From the NCBI RefSeq assembly GCF_041248615.1, contig NZ_CP158426.1: a stretch of DNA of 64,000 nt. One strand, 5' to 3'. Positions within the stretch are counted from its first letter, which is position 1. The number at the start of each line of letters is the position of its first letter. The position numbers and the translations under genes are program-made. The stretch comes from Escherichia coli (GTDB lineage: Bacteria > Pseudomonadota > Gammaproteobacteria > Enterobacterales > Enterobacteriaceae). The notes under the pieces were generated by a model. It was not told where the DNA came from. It saw only the letters and a list, made by a program, of their open reading frames with translations, and did not search any database. Of this stretch, positions 33,551 through 44,541 are shown one piece after another.

Positions 33551-35578
33551 TTAGCCAAATCTGACCTTGCAGAACATAATTAATTTGCGGTAATAGCGTA
33601 TTACCCGTCCCGCTTTTTTTCGGGTAATAAACATCGGCTTACGCGGCGTCTGGATTAAATATTCCGCAGCTTCCTCAACCGTAATAGGCTGTAGCCGTGT
33701 TGGGTGAATATATGTTGGGTAAACAATCAACGCCTGATAGATCAAGTCTGCTATCGTTAATTTTTGCTCGCGGCGCGGGCAATGATGTTCATCAACGGTT
33801 AAACCCCAACCGGCATAGAAGGGCAGGCCGTAACAATGAACTTGCTTGCCATGTAATAACGCTTCAAACCCGGACAATGATGTCATGGTGTGCACTTCAT
33901 CTGCGCGCTGAATGCATTGAATAATATCGGCGCCCAGTGCCTGATAATCAGCGAGTTCAGCAGTCAGTTCTGCCGGAATATCGCCCTTGCGATTCCCCAC
34001 CAGTACATCCGGGTGCGGTTTATAAACAATGTAGGCGTGCGGATTGCGCTCGCGTACTGTGCGTAATAACTCAAGGTTGCTCTTAATCGAGACAGTGCCT
34101 GTTTTAATGGAGGCATCGTCCTCTACCTGACCCGGCACCAGGATAACTTTTTTATCTTTGGCTTCGGCTGGTAGAGAGAAATCGGCTCCCAGGTTGTACT
34201 TACTCAGTTTGCTTTCAACCAGTCGCTGGCGTAATTTTTCAGCTCGCATCTGCTGCGCCAGCGTTAACTGGCTGTGATTAAGCAGGACTTCCAGGTCGCT
34301 GGGGCGCGTGGCGTCATAGTAGATCCCGCGTTTATCCAGTACCAACGATAGCGGCGGCAGCAGGTCAGAGCCAAGTCCGGATGAACGCAGAAAACCATCT
34401 TCCATTCGCCATAACGGCAGTGATTTTTGTTGCGCTTCGGCTCGCCATTGCTGTTCTCCCTTTACACCCCATACCACGCAGGCGCTCGCCGCAGTACAGC
34501 GACGTGAAAAACTCAGCCGGTTTGTTGCCGTTTGCAAGAAAGGTTTCAGGATCGCTGACTTCCACAGCGTTAAGCCTGGCGCCCATAAATAACCATCACG
34601 CTGTTGCAGATGTCGACGTTGTAATTGCAGCCATTGCAGCACGGTAAATAGATCGCTTACTTCTCCCGTTTGCGGATCGATATAGCGACAGTAACGCAGG
34701 TATGCAGCGGCAAAAAGTTCCTCCAGCGTGGCAGAACCGCGTCGGGCAGATAACAAAGCGGACTGTGGATGACGATCGTCGGTTAAACCCCAACCTGCAT
34801 ACCAAGGCTGGCCGAAACATGTTACTGGTTTTCCTGCCAGCAAGGCTTCAAAGCCGTACTGGGAGGTCACGACGTAAACCTGGGAAACGTGTCGCAATAG
34901 CGACTGCGGGCTGACATTCTCGGCAATCAAACGTACTCGTTGCGTGGCACGCAGATCAGCGAAATAACCTGTTTTCTTTCCTTCCAGTACATCTGGGTGC
35001 ACCTTCACCCAAATTTCGGCTTGAGGATTTTCCGCCATCGCGGCTTCCAGCATGGCAGCAAACTCATGCGGGCCAGCATTGCCATACGTCACTGACATAT
35101 CATTAAATGTCTGATCGACAACCAGAACGATGTCTGCACGTTCTGACTCATCAGCCACAAACGCAGGTGCCAGGTTATATTTCGACAAATCTCCGGTCAC
35201 GATGGTGTGCATCGCTTCTCTGGCCTGGCTTATCAGAGCTGTATTTCCGGCTTTATCCTGTACCAGTTTCTCCAGTGCTGAAGGCTTGCTGGCATCGTAG
35301 TAAATGCCACAATCATCCACCACCAGAGAAAGCGGCGGCTCGCCATTGACGCCAAGATCCAGCGAACGCACAAATCCATCTTCCAGACGAATGACGGGTT
35401 TTCCCGCTGCTTTGGCGATGGCGACTGGTTTCGCCGCGCTGGGACGATGTCCCCACACGGCGATAGCATCAACTTCTTGCGGAACAGGGCGCAGCAGAGA
35501 AAGTTTCTGGCACGGTTGCGCCAGAAATTTCTCCAGATGCGGAATACGCCAGATGCCAGGCGAGTAAATGCCAATCAT
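33551..35578 (-). CDS. kpsC: Capsule beta-Kdo transferase KpsC (tandem Capsule_synth domains)
   Basis: 675 aa starting [19 protein letters not shown]..., with duplicated HPDV motifs. Confidence 0.95.
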   Translation of the reverse strand: MIGIYSPGIWRIPHLEKFLAQPCQKLSLLRPVPQEVDAIAVWGHRPSAAKPVAIAKAAGKPVIRLEDGFVRSLDLGVNGEPPLSLVVDDCGIYYDASKPSALEKLVQDKAGNTALISQAREAMHTIVTGDLSKYNLAPAFVADESERADIVLVVDQTFNDMSVTYGNAGPHEFAAMLEAAMAENPQAEIWVKVHPDVLEGKKTGYFADLRATQRVRLIAENVSPQSLLRHVSQVYVVTSQYGFEALLAGKPVTCFGQPWYAGWGLTDDRHPQSALLSARRGSATLEELFAAAYLRYCRYIDPQTGEVSDLFTVLQWLQLQRRHLQQRDGYLWAPGLTLWKSAILKPFLQTATNRLSFSRRCTAASACVVWGVKGEQQWRAEAQQKSLPLWRMEDGFLRSSGLGSDLLPPLSLVLDKRGIYYDATRPSDLEVLLNHSQLTLAQQMRAEKLRQRLVESKLSKYNLGADFSLPAEAKDKKVILVPGQVEDDASIKTGTVSIKSNLELLRTVRERNPHAYIVYKPHPDVLVGNRKGDIPAELTAELADYQALGADIIQCIQRADEVHTMTSLSGFEALLHGKQVHCYGLPFYAGWGLTVDEHHCPRREQKLTIADLIYQALIVYPTYIHPTRLQPITVEEAAEYLIQTPRKPMFITRKKAGRVIRYYRKLIMFCKVRFG

Positions 35579-36315
35579 GCGTTTTCAGCCAGTTCCTGTG
35601 CCATCAGGGCGCGCACTTTTTCCAGGCATGCTGGGGTGTCGACGCCCGGACCGGTTGCGGCAACCTCAAATGTGCGGATGTTGATCCCTGCGCTCATCAA
35701 CCGCAGCTGCTCCAGTGATTCTGCCTGCTCTGGCATGGACTCCGGTAACTGACTGTAGTTTTGCAGCACATCGCGACGATAAGCGTAAATACCAACGTGT
35801 TTCAGGTAGCGCGCTTTTTCAGCATTACGCGGATAGGGAATCGGCGAACGGCTGAAATAAAGCGCATCCTGGCGGGTATTTACCACCACTTTTACCGTGC
35901 TTGGCTCGGTCGCTTCTTCGGCAGAAATCGCGTGGCATAGCGTTGCCACTGGCAACGCGGGATCATCACGCATTCCTTGTAACAGCGTTTCTACATCCCG
36001 CGGGCGAATCATTGGTTCATCGCCCTGCAGGTTAATGTAGATATCTGCCTCGACTTTATGCATCACCTCGACCAGCCGATCGGTGCCGGATTCATGATCG
36101 TTGCGCGTCATGATGGCTTTCCCGCCAAACGCCTGCACGGCCTTTTCAACACGCGGGTCGTCTGTTGCCACCCAAACTTCCGCAACGCCCGCCACCTGTA
36201 ACGCACGCTCGTAAACATGCTGGATCATCGGTTTACCAACAATATCGAGCAGTGGCTTACCCGGCAGGCGCGAGGAGCCATAGCGAGCCGGAATGACAAT
36301 AACTGCTTTGCTCAT
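35575..36315 (-). CDS. kpsU: CMP-Kdo synthetase KpsU
   Basis: 246 aa starting [25 protein letters not shown], overlapping the kpsC start. Confidence 0.95.
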   Translation of the reverse strand: MSKAVIVIPARYGSSRLPGKPLLDIVGKPMIQHVYERALQVAGVAEVWVATDDPRVEKAVQAFGGKAIMTRNDHESGTDRLVEVMHKVEADIYINLQGDEPMIRPRDVETLLQGMRDDPALPVATLCHAISAEEATEPSTVKVVVNTRQDALYFSRSPIPYPRNAEKARYLKHVGIYAYRRDVLQNYSQLPESMPEQAESLEQLRLMSAGINIRTFEVAATGPGVDTPACLEKVRALMAQELAENA

Positions 36316-36324
36316 TTCAACTCC

Positions 36325-38001
36325 TTACAAAGACAGAATCACTTTTGCACCCACCGCCAACTGGTAAAGGATGGTGGAAATACCGCGAGTAACTTCAATG
36401 TTTTTCGATTCATATTTCGGCAGAACCATAATCTCATCGCCCGGTTTGAGTGAATCCACATCTTCTGCGTTGACGGCTGCACCGTTCTGACGAATGACGA
36501 TAATTCTGGCGTTACCCGATTTCTGCGTCAGGCCACCACATTTCTCGATGTAATCCTCGGTGGTCATACCCTTCTGCCAGCTCACCGCGTTCGGGAACAG
36601 CACTTCGCCATGAACCATAACCAGCGATGTTTTCTCCGGAATATTGATGACGTCGCCATCTTCAAGCAGAACAGAATCAATATTGGATTCGTTGAGGATC
36701 ACTTCACCTTTCGGAACAACGGTGCGTGCTTTCGCCACAAAGCGGCTGATCAGTTGTGCTTCCTGCATTCGCAGGCTGGCTTCTTCTTTGGTGGATGACT
36801 GGGCAGAAAGTGATGCTTCCTCCAGCTTTTGCAGCGAGAGATTCAGCATCTCTTTCTGACGCTGAGCCACTGATGGGCGATAAAGCTGAACTGCGTTCAT
36901 CTGCGACATGCTGTTCGGGCGGACTTTTTCCAGAACCGCACGCATAGTGGAACCATAAGGCAGTACCATGGCATGTTCACCGGAGTGTGCGCCTTCAACC
37001 CGCACCTGAATGGTGCCGGCATAGCGGTCAGTGCTCACGATTAAGGTATCGCCATTTTGCAACATACGGCCTGGCGCAGAACTGATCGGATAGTATTCGC
37101 TGCGTTTTTGCAGCCCCTGTTTACGCATAATCGTAATGTGAGTCGCGCCAGGCTTAGGGCGCGCCCAGCTCAACGCTTCCGTTACGGGAATGCTGCTTTC
37201 GCGGAACTCAAAGTCGTAGCTGTTAAAGACATCGCCCTGAACGCTGAAAGTATGCTGACGCGGCCCGACGATGATGGTGTCACCATCGGCGAACTGCGAA
37301 AGCCCCAGTTTGCCGTTCAGCAGGAAGTCGTACAGGTTGACGTTGGAGCGCACGCGGTTACCGCGCTTGACCACAATATCAACGTAACTTCCGCGCTCTG
37401 GATCAACGCCGCCAGCCTTGATCAGATAATTGAGTAACGAATCAGACGTCACACCGCCATACAGACCAGGATTACGCACAAATCCGGTCACGTACACTTT
37501 TACTGGCTGCGCCTGTAATAAGGAGGCGTAGACGTTGACGTTGGACTGGTATACTTCCTTCACTTTGGATGTGACCAGGGCATTTAGCTGACTATTACTG
37601 ACGCCAGCAACTTTCACCGGACCAACGTTCGGCAGGAAAATATTACCTTTGGGATCAACCTGTAACGCACCATCAAAGGTGAACGCACCCCACAAGCGAA
37701 CCTGAATGCTATCACCCGGATTCAGAATATAGTCAGGGTTGAATCCTACCGTCGCACCGCTATCTGCGCTGGTGCCGTTGAAAAGTTGAGCACCAAACAT
37801 ACGGCTCATTACCACCGGCGGTGCGGGCGGCGGGGTATTGTCGAAGCCGCTCATGTTTTGCGTATCCGACTGTTGCCCGTTCAGAATACCGGTAAGCGGC
37901 GCGGCTCCTGTAAGGTTTGGGTCGGCGTTAATATCAATGGCCGCGCTGGCCTGCGCCGCGTGACAGGCGGCAATCAGTAAAATTGATTTAAATAATTTCA
38001 T
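36325..38001 (-). CDS. kpsD: Capsule outer-membrane/periplasmic export protein KpsD (OPX family)
   Basis: 558 aa starting MKLFKSILLIAACHAAQASA (signal peptide), recognised as KpsD. Confidence 0.95.
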   Translation of the reverse strand: MKLFKSILLIAACHAAQASAAIDINADPNLTGAAPLTGILNGQQSDTQNMSGFDNTPPPAPPVVMSRMFGAQLFNGTSADSGATVGFNPDYILNPGDSIQVRLWGAFTFDGALQVDPKGNIFLPNVGPVKVAGVSNSQLNALVTSKVKEVYQSNVNVYASLLQAQPVKVYVTGFVRNPGLYGGVTSDSLLNYLIKAGGVDPERGSYVDIVVKRGNRVRSNVNLYDFLLNGKLGLSQFADGDTIIVGPRQHTFSVQGDVFNSYDFEFRESSIPVTEALSWARPKPGATHITIMRKQGLQKRSEYYPISSAPGRMLQNGDTLIVSTDRYAGTIQVRVEGAHSGEHAMVLPYGSTMRAVLEKVRPNSMSQMNAVQLYRPSVAQRQKEMLNLSLQKLEEASLSAQSSTKEEASLRMQEAQLISRFVAKARTVVPKGEVILNESNIDSVLLEDGDVINIPEKTSLVMVHGEVLFPNAVSWQKGMTTEDYIEKCGGLTQKSGNARIIVIRQNGAAVNAEDVDSLKPGDEIMVLPKYESKNIEVTRGISTILYQLAVGAKVILSL

Positions 38002-38024
38002 CACAAACTCATTCAGCGACAGCG

Positions 38025-39173
38025 TTAGTCTCGGTGATCTTCAATAACAGCCAGCAACAGTTTCAGGGTGCCGAATAGCAGGCAGCACACCAGTAACCAG
38101 CAGGCGATCAAATAAGGGATATTTGGAAAAGACGATTCCTGCGGCAACTGTGGCGAACTGATCACTGACAGCACCTTGAGCTTACGAGCCGCTTCTACAC
38201 GGGTCTTTTCAATGGAGGTCAGGGTCAGTTTGTACAGCTCGGTGTTGAACTCTACTTTTGATTTGATTTCTTCAAAATCCACCGCCATACGGTTTAGCTT
38301 GTCACCCTGCGGCGCTGTGATTTTGCTTTTTTCTTCGTCAATTTGTGCCTGCAATGACTGAATCGCATTACGCGCACTCACAACTTGCGGGGCGTCTTCA
38401 CGCAGATACGTCAGCAAGTTCCGCAGGTCCGCTTCCATCTGGATCTTCTGGCCCATCAGCGTATTGACTAACGTGCTCGCCGCCTGTGCCTGTGCCTGTG
38501 GATCCAGAACGTTGTTGTTGTCCTGATAAGAGAGCAATTCCGCTTTGCTGGCGTCCAGACGCTGGCGTGCCTTTTCCATCTCCGTTTCTGCAAAGGCAAG
38601 CTGGTCACGCGCGATGCGATGTGACATCTCATTGATAAAGCGCTCTGACTCTTTCAGCACGGTCTGGTTAAACTTAAGCGCAAACTCCGGGCTAAAGCCC
38701 TGCGTCTGAATATTCAGTAATCCGGTTTTATCGTCATACGAGACGTTGATACGGTCCTTGTAGTACTTCAGGAAGCCTTCTGCAGTTTCATCCTTGCTAA
38801 GATGATTAAGAAAATCGAGCCCGCTGTGGCTAAACGCTTCACGAAAATTTAGTTGCTTATCCAGTGCCGCCAGCATATCCGGCGAGTTGATGTACTCTTT
38901 CAGATACAACGCATCTTCTGCGGAACTGGGGTTAGAGGCACCCAGAAGCAGACCAAAATTCAGGCTGCCGCTGTTTAAATCATCCGAGCGTTTAATGGCG
39001 ACTTTCGACTCGCTCATATAGCGAGGCTGGCTGAAGATAGCCAGATAGATCAGCAGCACCGCCATCGGTGCCAGAATGATGATTTTCGCCAGGTGTTTTT
39101 GGATATCTGCCAGTGAGATGGCAGACAGACGAGCACGCATCCAGGATACGGCAGACTTCACTTTTATCAACAT
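38025..39173 (-). CDS. kpsE: Capsule export inner-membrane PCP-3 protein KpsE
   Basis: 382 aa with N- and C-terminal hydrophobic segments and coiled-coil-like middle, recognised as KpsE. Confidence 0.95.
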   Translation of the reverse strand: MLIKVKSAVSWMRARLSAISLADIQKHLAKIIILAPMAVLLIYLAIFSQPRYMSESKVAIKRSDDLNSGSLNFGLLLGASNPSSAEDALYLKEYINSPDMLAALDKQLNFREAFSHSGLDFLNHLSKDETAEGFLKYYKDRINVSYDDKTGLLNIQTQGFSPEFALKFNQTVLKESERFINEMSHRIARDQLAFAETEMEKARQRLDASKAELLSYQDNNNVLDPQAQAQAASTLVNTLMGQKIQMEADLRNLLTYLREDAPQVVSARNAIQSLQAQIDEEKSKITAPQGDKLNRMAVDFEEIKSKVEFNTELYKLTLTSIEKTRVEAARKLKVLSVISSPQLPQESSFPNIPYLIACWLLVCCLLFGTLKLLLAVIEDHRD

Positions 39174-39244
39174 GTAACGATTATCAAAGTTTCAGTGGGG
39201 CGCAAACTCAATGAGAGACTAACCTCTCGCACCCCGTTGCTTAA

Positions 39245-40228
39245 TTAGTCGAAAATGCGCACAAGGCCAGTGACTTTATTTGCCTTGTTGGTCACCAATA
39301 ACGTTGAGACGCGGTGCTTTTGCATTTTTTCTTCCGCTTCAATGATCATGGTGTCTTCCGGTAGCGTCAGCGGTTCACGTGTCATCATCTGCGCAGCCGT
39401 GGCGGATGTCAGAGAATCCTCTTTTTCCATAAAGCGACGCAGGTCACCGTCGGTGATAATGCCCGCTAGCCCACCTTCTGCGTCTTCTACCATCACCATT
39501 CCCTGGCATCCGCTGGTGATACGTTGAATCACGGTTTTAAATGACGCATCCAGCTGTACCGCAGGAACATCATGCTGCATGACATCAGCAACGCGGGTCA
39601 GCAGGCGACGACCTAATGAACCGCCCGGGTGATAGCGCGCAAAATCATTCGGCATAAATTTGCGTTGGTGGATCATGGCAATCGCCAGCGCATCGCCGAT
39701 CGCCATCGTCAGCGTGGTAGACGTTGTTGGTGCAAGATTATTCGGGCAGGTTTCATTCGCCATGTGGAGTTCCAGCACGGCATCAGCATTTTTCGCCAGC
39801 GTGGAATTTCCATTATTGGTAATGGCGATAATTCGGTTGCCGAAATTTTTCAGTGAAGGAACTAGCTTGAGGATTTCATCCGTTTCACCGCTGGCAGAAA
39901 TAAGGATCAGAAGATCGTAAGGCGTAATCATGCCCAGATCGCCATGGAAAGCTTCTGCAGGATGAATAAAGAAACTAGGCGTACCCGTAGAGGCCAGCGT
40001 CGCTGACATTTTACGACCGACATGCCCTGATTTACCCATTCCCGAAAGAATAACGTGCCCTTTACAGTTCATTATCAAATTAAGGACACGCTGGTACTGC
40101 CCGGAATCCAGTTGTTTAGACAAGTTTTGTAATGCTGCGCCTTGTTCTGCCAGAGTCTGGCGAACAGAGGTAATTAGATATGGATCGATAGTACTGCTCT
40201 GGTCATCAGGTAAATGTCTTTCAGACAT
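39245..40228 (-). CDS. kpsF: Arabinose-5-phosphate isomerase KpsF
   Basis: Translation reads MSERHLPDDQSSTIDPYL..., 327 aa, with SIS plus tandem CBS domains. The ORF-track start at 40264 was trimmed to the internal ATG. Confidence 0.93.
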   Translation of the reverse strand: MSERHLPDDQSSTIDPYLITSVRQTLAEQGAALQNLSKQLDSGQYQRVLNLIMNCKGHVILSGMGKSGHVGRKMSATLASTGTPSFFIHPAEAFHGDLGMITPYDLLILISASGETDEILKLVPSLKNFGNRIIAITNNGNSTLAKNADAVLELHMANETCPNNLAPTTSTTLTMAIGDALAIAMIHQRKFMPNDFARYHPGGSLGRRLLTRVADVMQHDVPAVQLDASFKTVIQRITSGCQGMVMVEDAEGGLAGIITDGDLRRFMEKEDSLTSATAAQMMTREPLTLPEDTMIIEAEEKMQKHRVSTLLVTNKANKVTGLVRIFD

Positions 40229-40880
40229 ATCAGCTCCTTTGCACGGAAATAATGCCACAGTCACAACAAACCCGAACCCACTATAATTTATTTATGCTAA
40301 ATCAATGGGTTGTAACAAAATTTTTAATGAATATAAAACCATGGTCAGTCCATGCTTATATGCAGGACTTATCACCTTCTTATTAAGTCGCAATGTCTCA
40401 TGGAGGTGCGAAGATGCTGCAATATTACAGGCGAGAAGGGGAACCAAATTTTGCCCACCTATTTAACACACCCCTACATTATGAACAAGGAATTTAGGAT
40501 TTTTATCATTTATTAAAATGTTTCCTACTTGACTATTAAACCAAAAAACAATTTATCAATTGATTATTTCCTTGTAAAAAAAGAACGTATGACCATGTTA
40601 TTAATAAATAAAACACGTAAATAATGGTGATGTTGTTTTGTGATTAACTATTTAAGAGTGGCATAATAAACAAGTTGACAATTTCTATGTAAAGAAGAAG
40701 AAAATAATAAAATTTTAGCGGTGACTATTGAATGATATGATAGTTGTGGTGTTGATTATTTCTGGTAATGAATGCGGAATTAAATCTGGCCGGATTGTAT
40801 TTTTGCTATATCTATTTTTCAGGAGATTATTATTAAATATAAAAATAACAATGGTGATTATCTCCGGTTGACCTGGAGTC
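40229..40880 (-). promoter_or_regulatory. AT-rich kps region 1 promoter region upstream of kpsF
   Basis: This is a very AT-rich noncoding stretch in the position of the described region 1 promoter. The exact -10/-35 elements and regulator sites were not mapped here. Confidence 0.5.
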
Positions 40881-41026
40881 ACGTATGCCAGCGAGTGCTT
40901 TCTTCCGGGCCTTCCTTCACTTCAGAGAAAAAGAGGCAATCATCAGGCTCTTTTTGAGTCATATGCGCCGATAATCAACTGTCTTGAACGTAAAAATTAT
41001 GGAGCAACATGATGCTACGATTCATT

Positions 41027-41231
41027 TCACTCTTCGTTCTTTCTGAGCATTGCGTTCAGGATGGTCAGCAATTTACGCATACTGTCAACCAGCGCCACTT
41101 TTTTGGTTTTTCCGGCTGCTGACAGATGCATGTAAAATGCCTTTATCACCGGATTAAACCAGGTTACCACAAGCGCTGCCATGTGCAGGGCTGCTCTTGC
41201 CTCCGTACGCGCACTGGCGTCGTTCGGCCAG
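41027..41231 (-). pseudogene. C-terminal remnant of an IS110-family transposase
   Basis: The minus-strand translation WPNDASARTEARAALHMAALVVTWFNPVIKAFYMHLSAAGKTKKVALVDSMRKLLTILNAMLRKNEE-stop matches the conserved IS110-family C-terminus. No upstream part is present. Confidence 0.75.
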
Positions 41232-41364
41232 CAGATATGTGTGGGATAACAGGGATGTTATGTGAACTGAACTGTGTTTTGTTAGCGGGGGGATGTTTAT
41301 TGATGATTCGGGAGTGTTTAAGACCTGATGGCGTTATGCTCCCAAGTTTATTTTATATAAAGAT

Positions 41365-41396
41365 CCAAAAGCAAAAACCCGCCTTGTGGGCGGGTT
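41365..41396 (-). terminator. Rho-independent terminator downstream of the DUF4942 gene
   Basis: The stem AACCCGCC / GGCGGGTT has a short loop. On the minus strand it is followed by TTTGCTTTTGG. Confidence 0.6.
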
Positions 41397-41407
41397 CTTT
41401 AGAATAG

Positions 41408-41429
41408 TGGTGCCGGAATCGGAATCGAA
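41408..41429 (-). repeat. Degenerate copy of the tRNA-Phe 3-prime end (island att-type direct repeat)
   Basis: The minus strand reads TTCGATTCCGATTCCGGCACCA. The E. coli tRNA-Phe 3-prime end, as I recall it, is TTCGATTCCGAGTCCGGGCACCA. That is one substitution and one missing G. Confidence 0.65.
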
Positions 41430-41539
41430 AATTTCTTTTATCATATTGATATTAATATAATTTGTTTGGTTTGATTAAAAATGTACCCTCAATTATACCC
41501 GCAGTCCCTTTTGATATCGAAAGGGAATCACACTCGGGA

Positions 41540-42382
41540 TCAGGCTGAGAGCACAGAAGGAAAGTACCTGGCTATTATATCGTTAATTCTGTCAATCAGT
41601 TCCAGCCTTTTGAAAGTGATGTGTGCAGATCCCTTCTTAAAGTATTTAATGATGAACATCTCGTCTTCATAGCGCTCTTTACCCTGAACGGACTGGATGT
41701 GACCATCCAGACGAATAGTGATGTTTTCCCGGTTGTCGGGGATCGGTTTGCCGCTGAACAGATGTAGCATTCTTTCCAGGTCGACGAGTCGGTCAGTCTG
41801 TTGCCCGGTGATAAGATGAAACCCCCACCGGTCCCACCTCACCAGGTTGTTGACGATAATTTTACTGCCAAATTTGCAGGGGCAATTGGTTTTGTAATTC
41901 CAGCTCAGTCCCCTGAAGACGTTGATCACCCCTCGCTCAAACACCTCATCCTTATTCTGGTGTAGTTGTTCAAATGTGATCAGAATGTTCGCTTCACTGA
42001 TTTCCGGAAAATTATCGTACTCCAGTGACCGGTACCATGTATCACGGGCCTGTGCATCCATTAAGGAAAGCATCCCTGAACGTTGCATCAGGTCACGCCA
42101 GATTTCGCGATCGAGATTGCGTGTGATGGCTTTCATTGCGGTTTCCGGTTTCTCCATCAGCCAGCAGCCGCAGCGAAAATCCTGTTTCATGGCCCAGCCC
42201 GGGGCGGCTTTACCGCCAATACTTTCTGTCATTGCTGATATTTCAGCCAGTTGCCGGATAAGTGTGTCGATTTGCAGCAGTGTACTCTTTCGTACAGCCA
42301 GAATGTGGCGGATATTGGTTGAGCAGATAACGTCCGTATGCCCGGTGACCACTTCCGGACGGGAGATTGTGATGTCTGACAT
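41540..42382 (-). CDS. DUF4942-family protein typical of CP4-like islands
   Basis: 280-aa ORF (MSDITISRPEVVTGHTDV...), in the usual position distal to the cbtA-like toxin. Confidence 0.7.
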   Translation of the reverse strand: MSDITISRPEVVTGHTDVICSTNIRHILAVRKSTLLQIDTLIRQLAEISAMTESIGGKAAPGWAMKQDFRCGCWLMEKPETAMKAITRNLDREIWRDLMQRSGMLSLMDAQARDTWYRSLEYDNFPEISEANILITFEQLHQNKDEVFERGVINVFRGLSWNYKTNCPCKFGSKIIVNNLVRWDRWGFHLITGQQTDRLVDLERMLHLFSGKPIPDNRENITIRLDGHIQSVQGKERYEDEMFIIKYFKKGSAHITFKRLELIDRINDIIARYFPSVLSA

Positions 42383-42466
42383 TATCGGTTTCCCTTTTGG
42401 TTTATAAACGAAAACGCCAGCCCTGTTCAGGCTGACGTCAGTGGAATGAAGTATGGTGAGTGATAT

Positions 42467-42889
42467 TTACCGGTTCTGGTGCAGAAGCTGCAGGTGACGA
42501 AGAGTACGGACATCCTCCCGGGCCTGTTCGATACAGGGCAACAGTGCTGCCGAATCCGTTTTATCCTCATCGTTGTCAAAGATAATTCCCGATTCGCAGT
42601 CGATATTGTCCTGCAGCCACGCAATGAGGATATCCAGCGCTGTTTCAGTGGTTAATGGCATCACGCTCTGTATCACTGTATTGTCTTCCGGCAACTGATG
42701 AGGGCTGGCAGAAGTCGCCGGTGTTTCGGTAGCGTCATGTTCATCCACCACGCGGAGTGAATAACCGTTTTCAGCGACTTTGTTAATCAGTTCAGCGAGC
42801 TTAATACCATCGACGTCAACGACAATGCGCCCCATGTTCAGCGCCTGCGCATTAATGCTGTCGGCTTCCAGCGTCAGGGCCAGTTTCAT
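42467..42889 (-). CDS. Conserved island protein (YeeW/DUF5983-like), acidic
   Basis: 140-aa ORF overlapping the stop of the cbtA-like gene. The assignment rests on synteny. Confidence 0.55.
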   Translation of the reverse strand: MKLALTLEADSINAQALNMGRIVVDVDGIKLAELINKVAENGYSLRVVDEHDATETPATSASPHQLPEDNTVIQSVMPLTTETALDILIAWLQDNIDCESGIIFDNDEDKTDSAALLPCIEQAREDVRTLRHLQLLHQNR

Positions 42890-43263
42890 TGTTTCGCCTC
42901 CGGATGCTTACCCAGAGTAATGTTATTTACTGTTCGGTAATTGTCGCGGGTCATCAGGCCGGTCGCCCTGCGAGCCCGGAGGATATCGATGCTGTTTATT
43001 AACTGAGAGCGGGTACAGGCGCTGAATCCCGGCTGGTCGGTACGCACCAGCGCGTATTTTTCCACGAGAAAGTTCACCGCATCACACAGTGAAATGCCTG
43101 CCTCAATATGCTGCTCAATCACACGTTCATCAGCGAACGGTGTGTCATTCAGTGTGAGGCCGTAATGCTGGTCCAGCAGTCGGGTGAGCAGTGTATGCCA
43201 GATGGTGACGGGAGACGGGCAGCACGATGCCTCCCGTACGTGTGTGTCAGGTAATGTTTTCAT
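42886..43263 (-). CDS. CbtA/YkfI/YpjF-family type IV toxin
   Basis: Translation reads MKTLPDTHVREASCCPSPVTIWHTLLTRLLDQHYGLTLNDTPF..., 125 aa. The ORF-track start at 43407 overlaps the antitoxin gene and was rejected. Confidence 0.88.
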   Translation of the reverse strand: MKTLPDTHVREASCCPSPVTIWHTLLTRLLDQHYGLTLNDTPFADERVIEQHIEAGISLCDAVNFLVEKYALVRTDQPGFSACTRSQLINSIDILRARRATGLMTRDNYRTVNNITLGKHPEAKQ

Positions 43264-43309
43264 CTTAAGTTCTCTGTAACTGGTAGTGCTAAAGGTGAGA
43301 TATTCGGGG

Positions 43310-43684
43310 TTATGAGGTGGTTGCGGGTGCCAGTGTCGGATAAACAGCCATATAAACGTAACCACAGGAGCCGAGGGTGTCGGCTTCACAGGCCAGCCCC
43401 TTCGCATACAGTGTCACGGTATGCTGATGGCGGGGATTCAGTTCACCGCTGGTGAGCATGAGCTCCAGTTGTTTCATCAGCAGCGGAAAGGCCTGGTCCA
43501 GGTGGTACGCATCTGCATCGCTGAACAGGCCTCTGATACCGGCGCGGTCGGCAAGGTAATGCAACCGGTTACCCTCCTGCACCAGACGTGCCCCGAAACA
43601 GGGCGTCACGGTGCAGGGCAGCCCCCACCAGGGGCGGTCGTGATTGTCGTCGGGAAGTGTTGTCCCGGGGAGTGTGTCTGACAC
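43310..43684 (-). CDS. CbeA/YeeU/YfjZ-family type IV antitoxin
   Basis: 124 aa (MSDTLPGTTLPDDNHDRPWWGLPCTVTPCFGARLVQEGNRLHYLADRAG...), immediately upstream of the toxin. Confidence 0.88.
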   Translation of the reverse strand: MSDTLPGTTLPDDNHDRPWWGLPCTVTPCFGARLVQEGNRLHYLADRAGIRGLFSDADAYHLDQAFPLLMKQLELMLTSGELNPRHQHTVTLYAKGLACEADTLGSCGYVYMAVYPTLAPATTS

Positions 43685-43759
43685 GATAAAATCCTCACAG
43701 AAAATCGGTTAAGAATGGTCCGGTAGTGGCGATAATTCTGCTCATCAGAATGCCCTGAC

Positions 43760-43981
43760 TCAGTTCAGGGTGACACTCATCAGGCGGACATACGGGCCAA
43801 AACTGTCCTTACGGCGTTCTGCAAATACAGCCAGCACACCGGGAATATCCTGCACTTCACGACCGGTATACGCCTCAGCACTGCCGTGCCAGCGGTATTT
43901 ACCGGTACAGAACGGAAAAAGACGGGATGTCGGATGTTGTTGGTGAATACGCATGGCTTCACCACGGGTGATGATTTTCAT
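43760..43981 (-). CDS. YeeT-like DUF987 protein
   Basis: 73 aa (MKIITRGEAMRIHQQHPTSRLFPFCTGKYRWHG...), in the canonical position. Confidence 0.8.
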   Translation of the reverse strand: MKIITRGEAMRIHQQHPTSRLFPFCTGKYRWHGSAEAYTGREVQDIPGVLAVFAERRKDSFGPYVRLMSVTLN

Positions 43982-44049
43982 GGTGTGATACCTCTGAAGA
44001 CAGAAGATAAAAGTGAAAACAGGTGTGATGTGGTGGTGACGGTGACGGG

Positions 44050-44526
44050 TTAAAGCAGACCGTGTTCCGCAAAGGAGAAAACCTGGCTGCCACCGACTAT
44101 CAGATGGTCCGGTACCCGGATATCCACCAGGCCCAGTGCCTGTACCAGACGTTCCGTGATAAGGCGGTCTGCCTTGCTGGGTGTGACTTCACCGGACGGG
44201 TGATTGTGTGCCAGCACCACGGCAGCGGCATTGTGGTGCAGGGCGCGTTTAATCACCTCCCGGGGATGGACTTCCGTGCGGTTGATGGTGCCGGTGAAGA
44301 GGGTTTCACCGGCAATCAGCTGATTCTGGTTATTCAGATACAGCACCCGGAATTCTTCACGCTCCAGTCCCGCCATGTTCAGAATCAGCCATTCCCGTGC
44401 CGCACGGGTGGAGGTGAAGGCCACGCCGGGTTCATGAAGATGGCGGTCCAGGGTTTTCAGGGCCCGCTGAATGAGACTGCGCTCGCCGGGCGTCATTTCT
44501 CCGGGCAGAAAGGAAATCTGTTGCAT
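44050..44526 (-). CDS. RadC-like JAB-domain protein (YeeS/YkfG/YfjY family)
   Basis: 158 aa with the HNHPSG JAMM-like motif. Confidence 0.88.
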   Translation of the reverse strand: MQQISFLPGEMTPGERSLIQRALKTLDRHLHEPGVAFTSTRAAREWLILNMAGLEREEFRVLYLNNQNQLIAGETLFTGTINRTEVHPREVIKRALHHNAAAVVLAHNHPSGEVTPSKADRLITERLVQALGLVDIRVPDHLIVGGSQVFSFAEHGLL

Positions 44527-44541
44527 TGTTCCTGCCCCCTT

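Noticed and set aside
40876-40965. 27-codon minus-strand ORF (MTQKEPDDCLFFSEVKEGPEESTRWHT)
   Set aside because: It is too short, has no recognisable family, and lies just downstream (on the minus strand) of the IS110 remnant. It is probably residual IS sequence.
41126-41407. 93-aa plus-strand ORF
   Set aside because: It is antisense to the IS110 transposase remnant and runs through the terminator hairpin, so it is unlikely to be coding.
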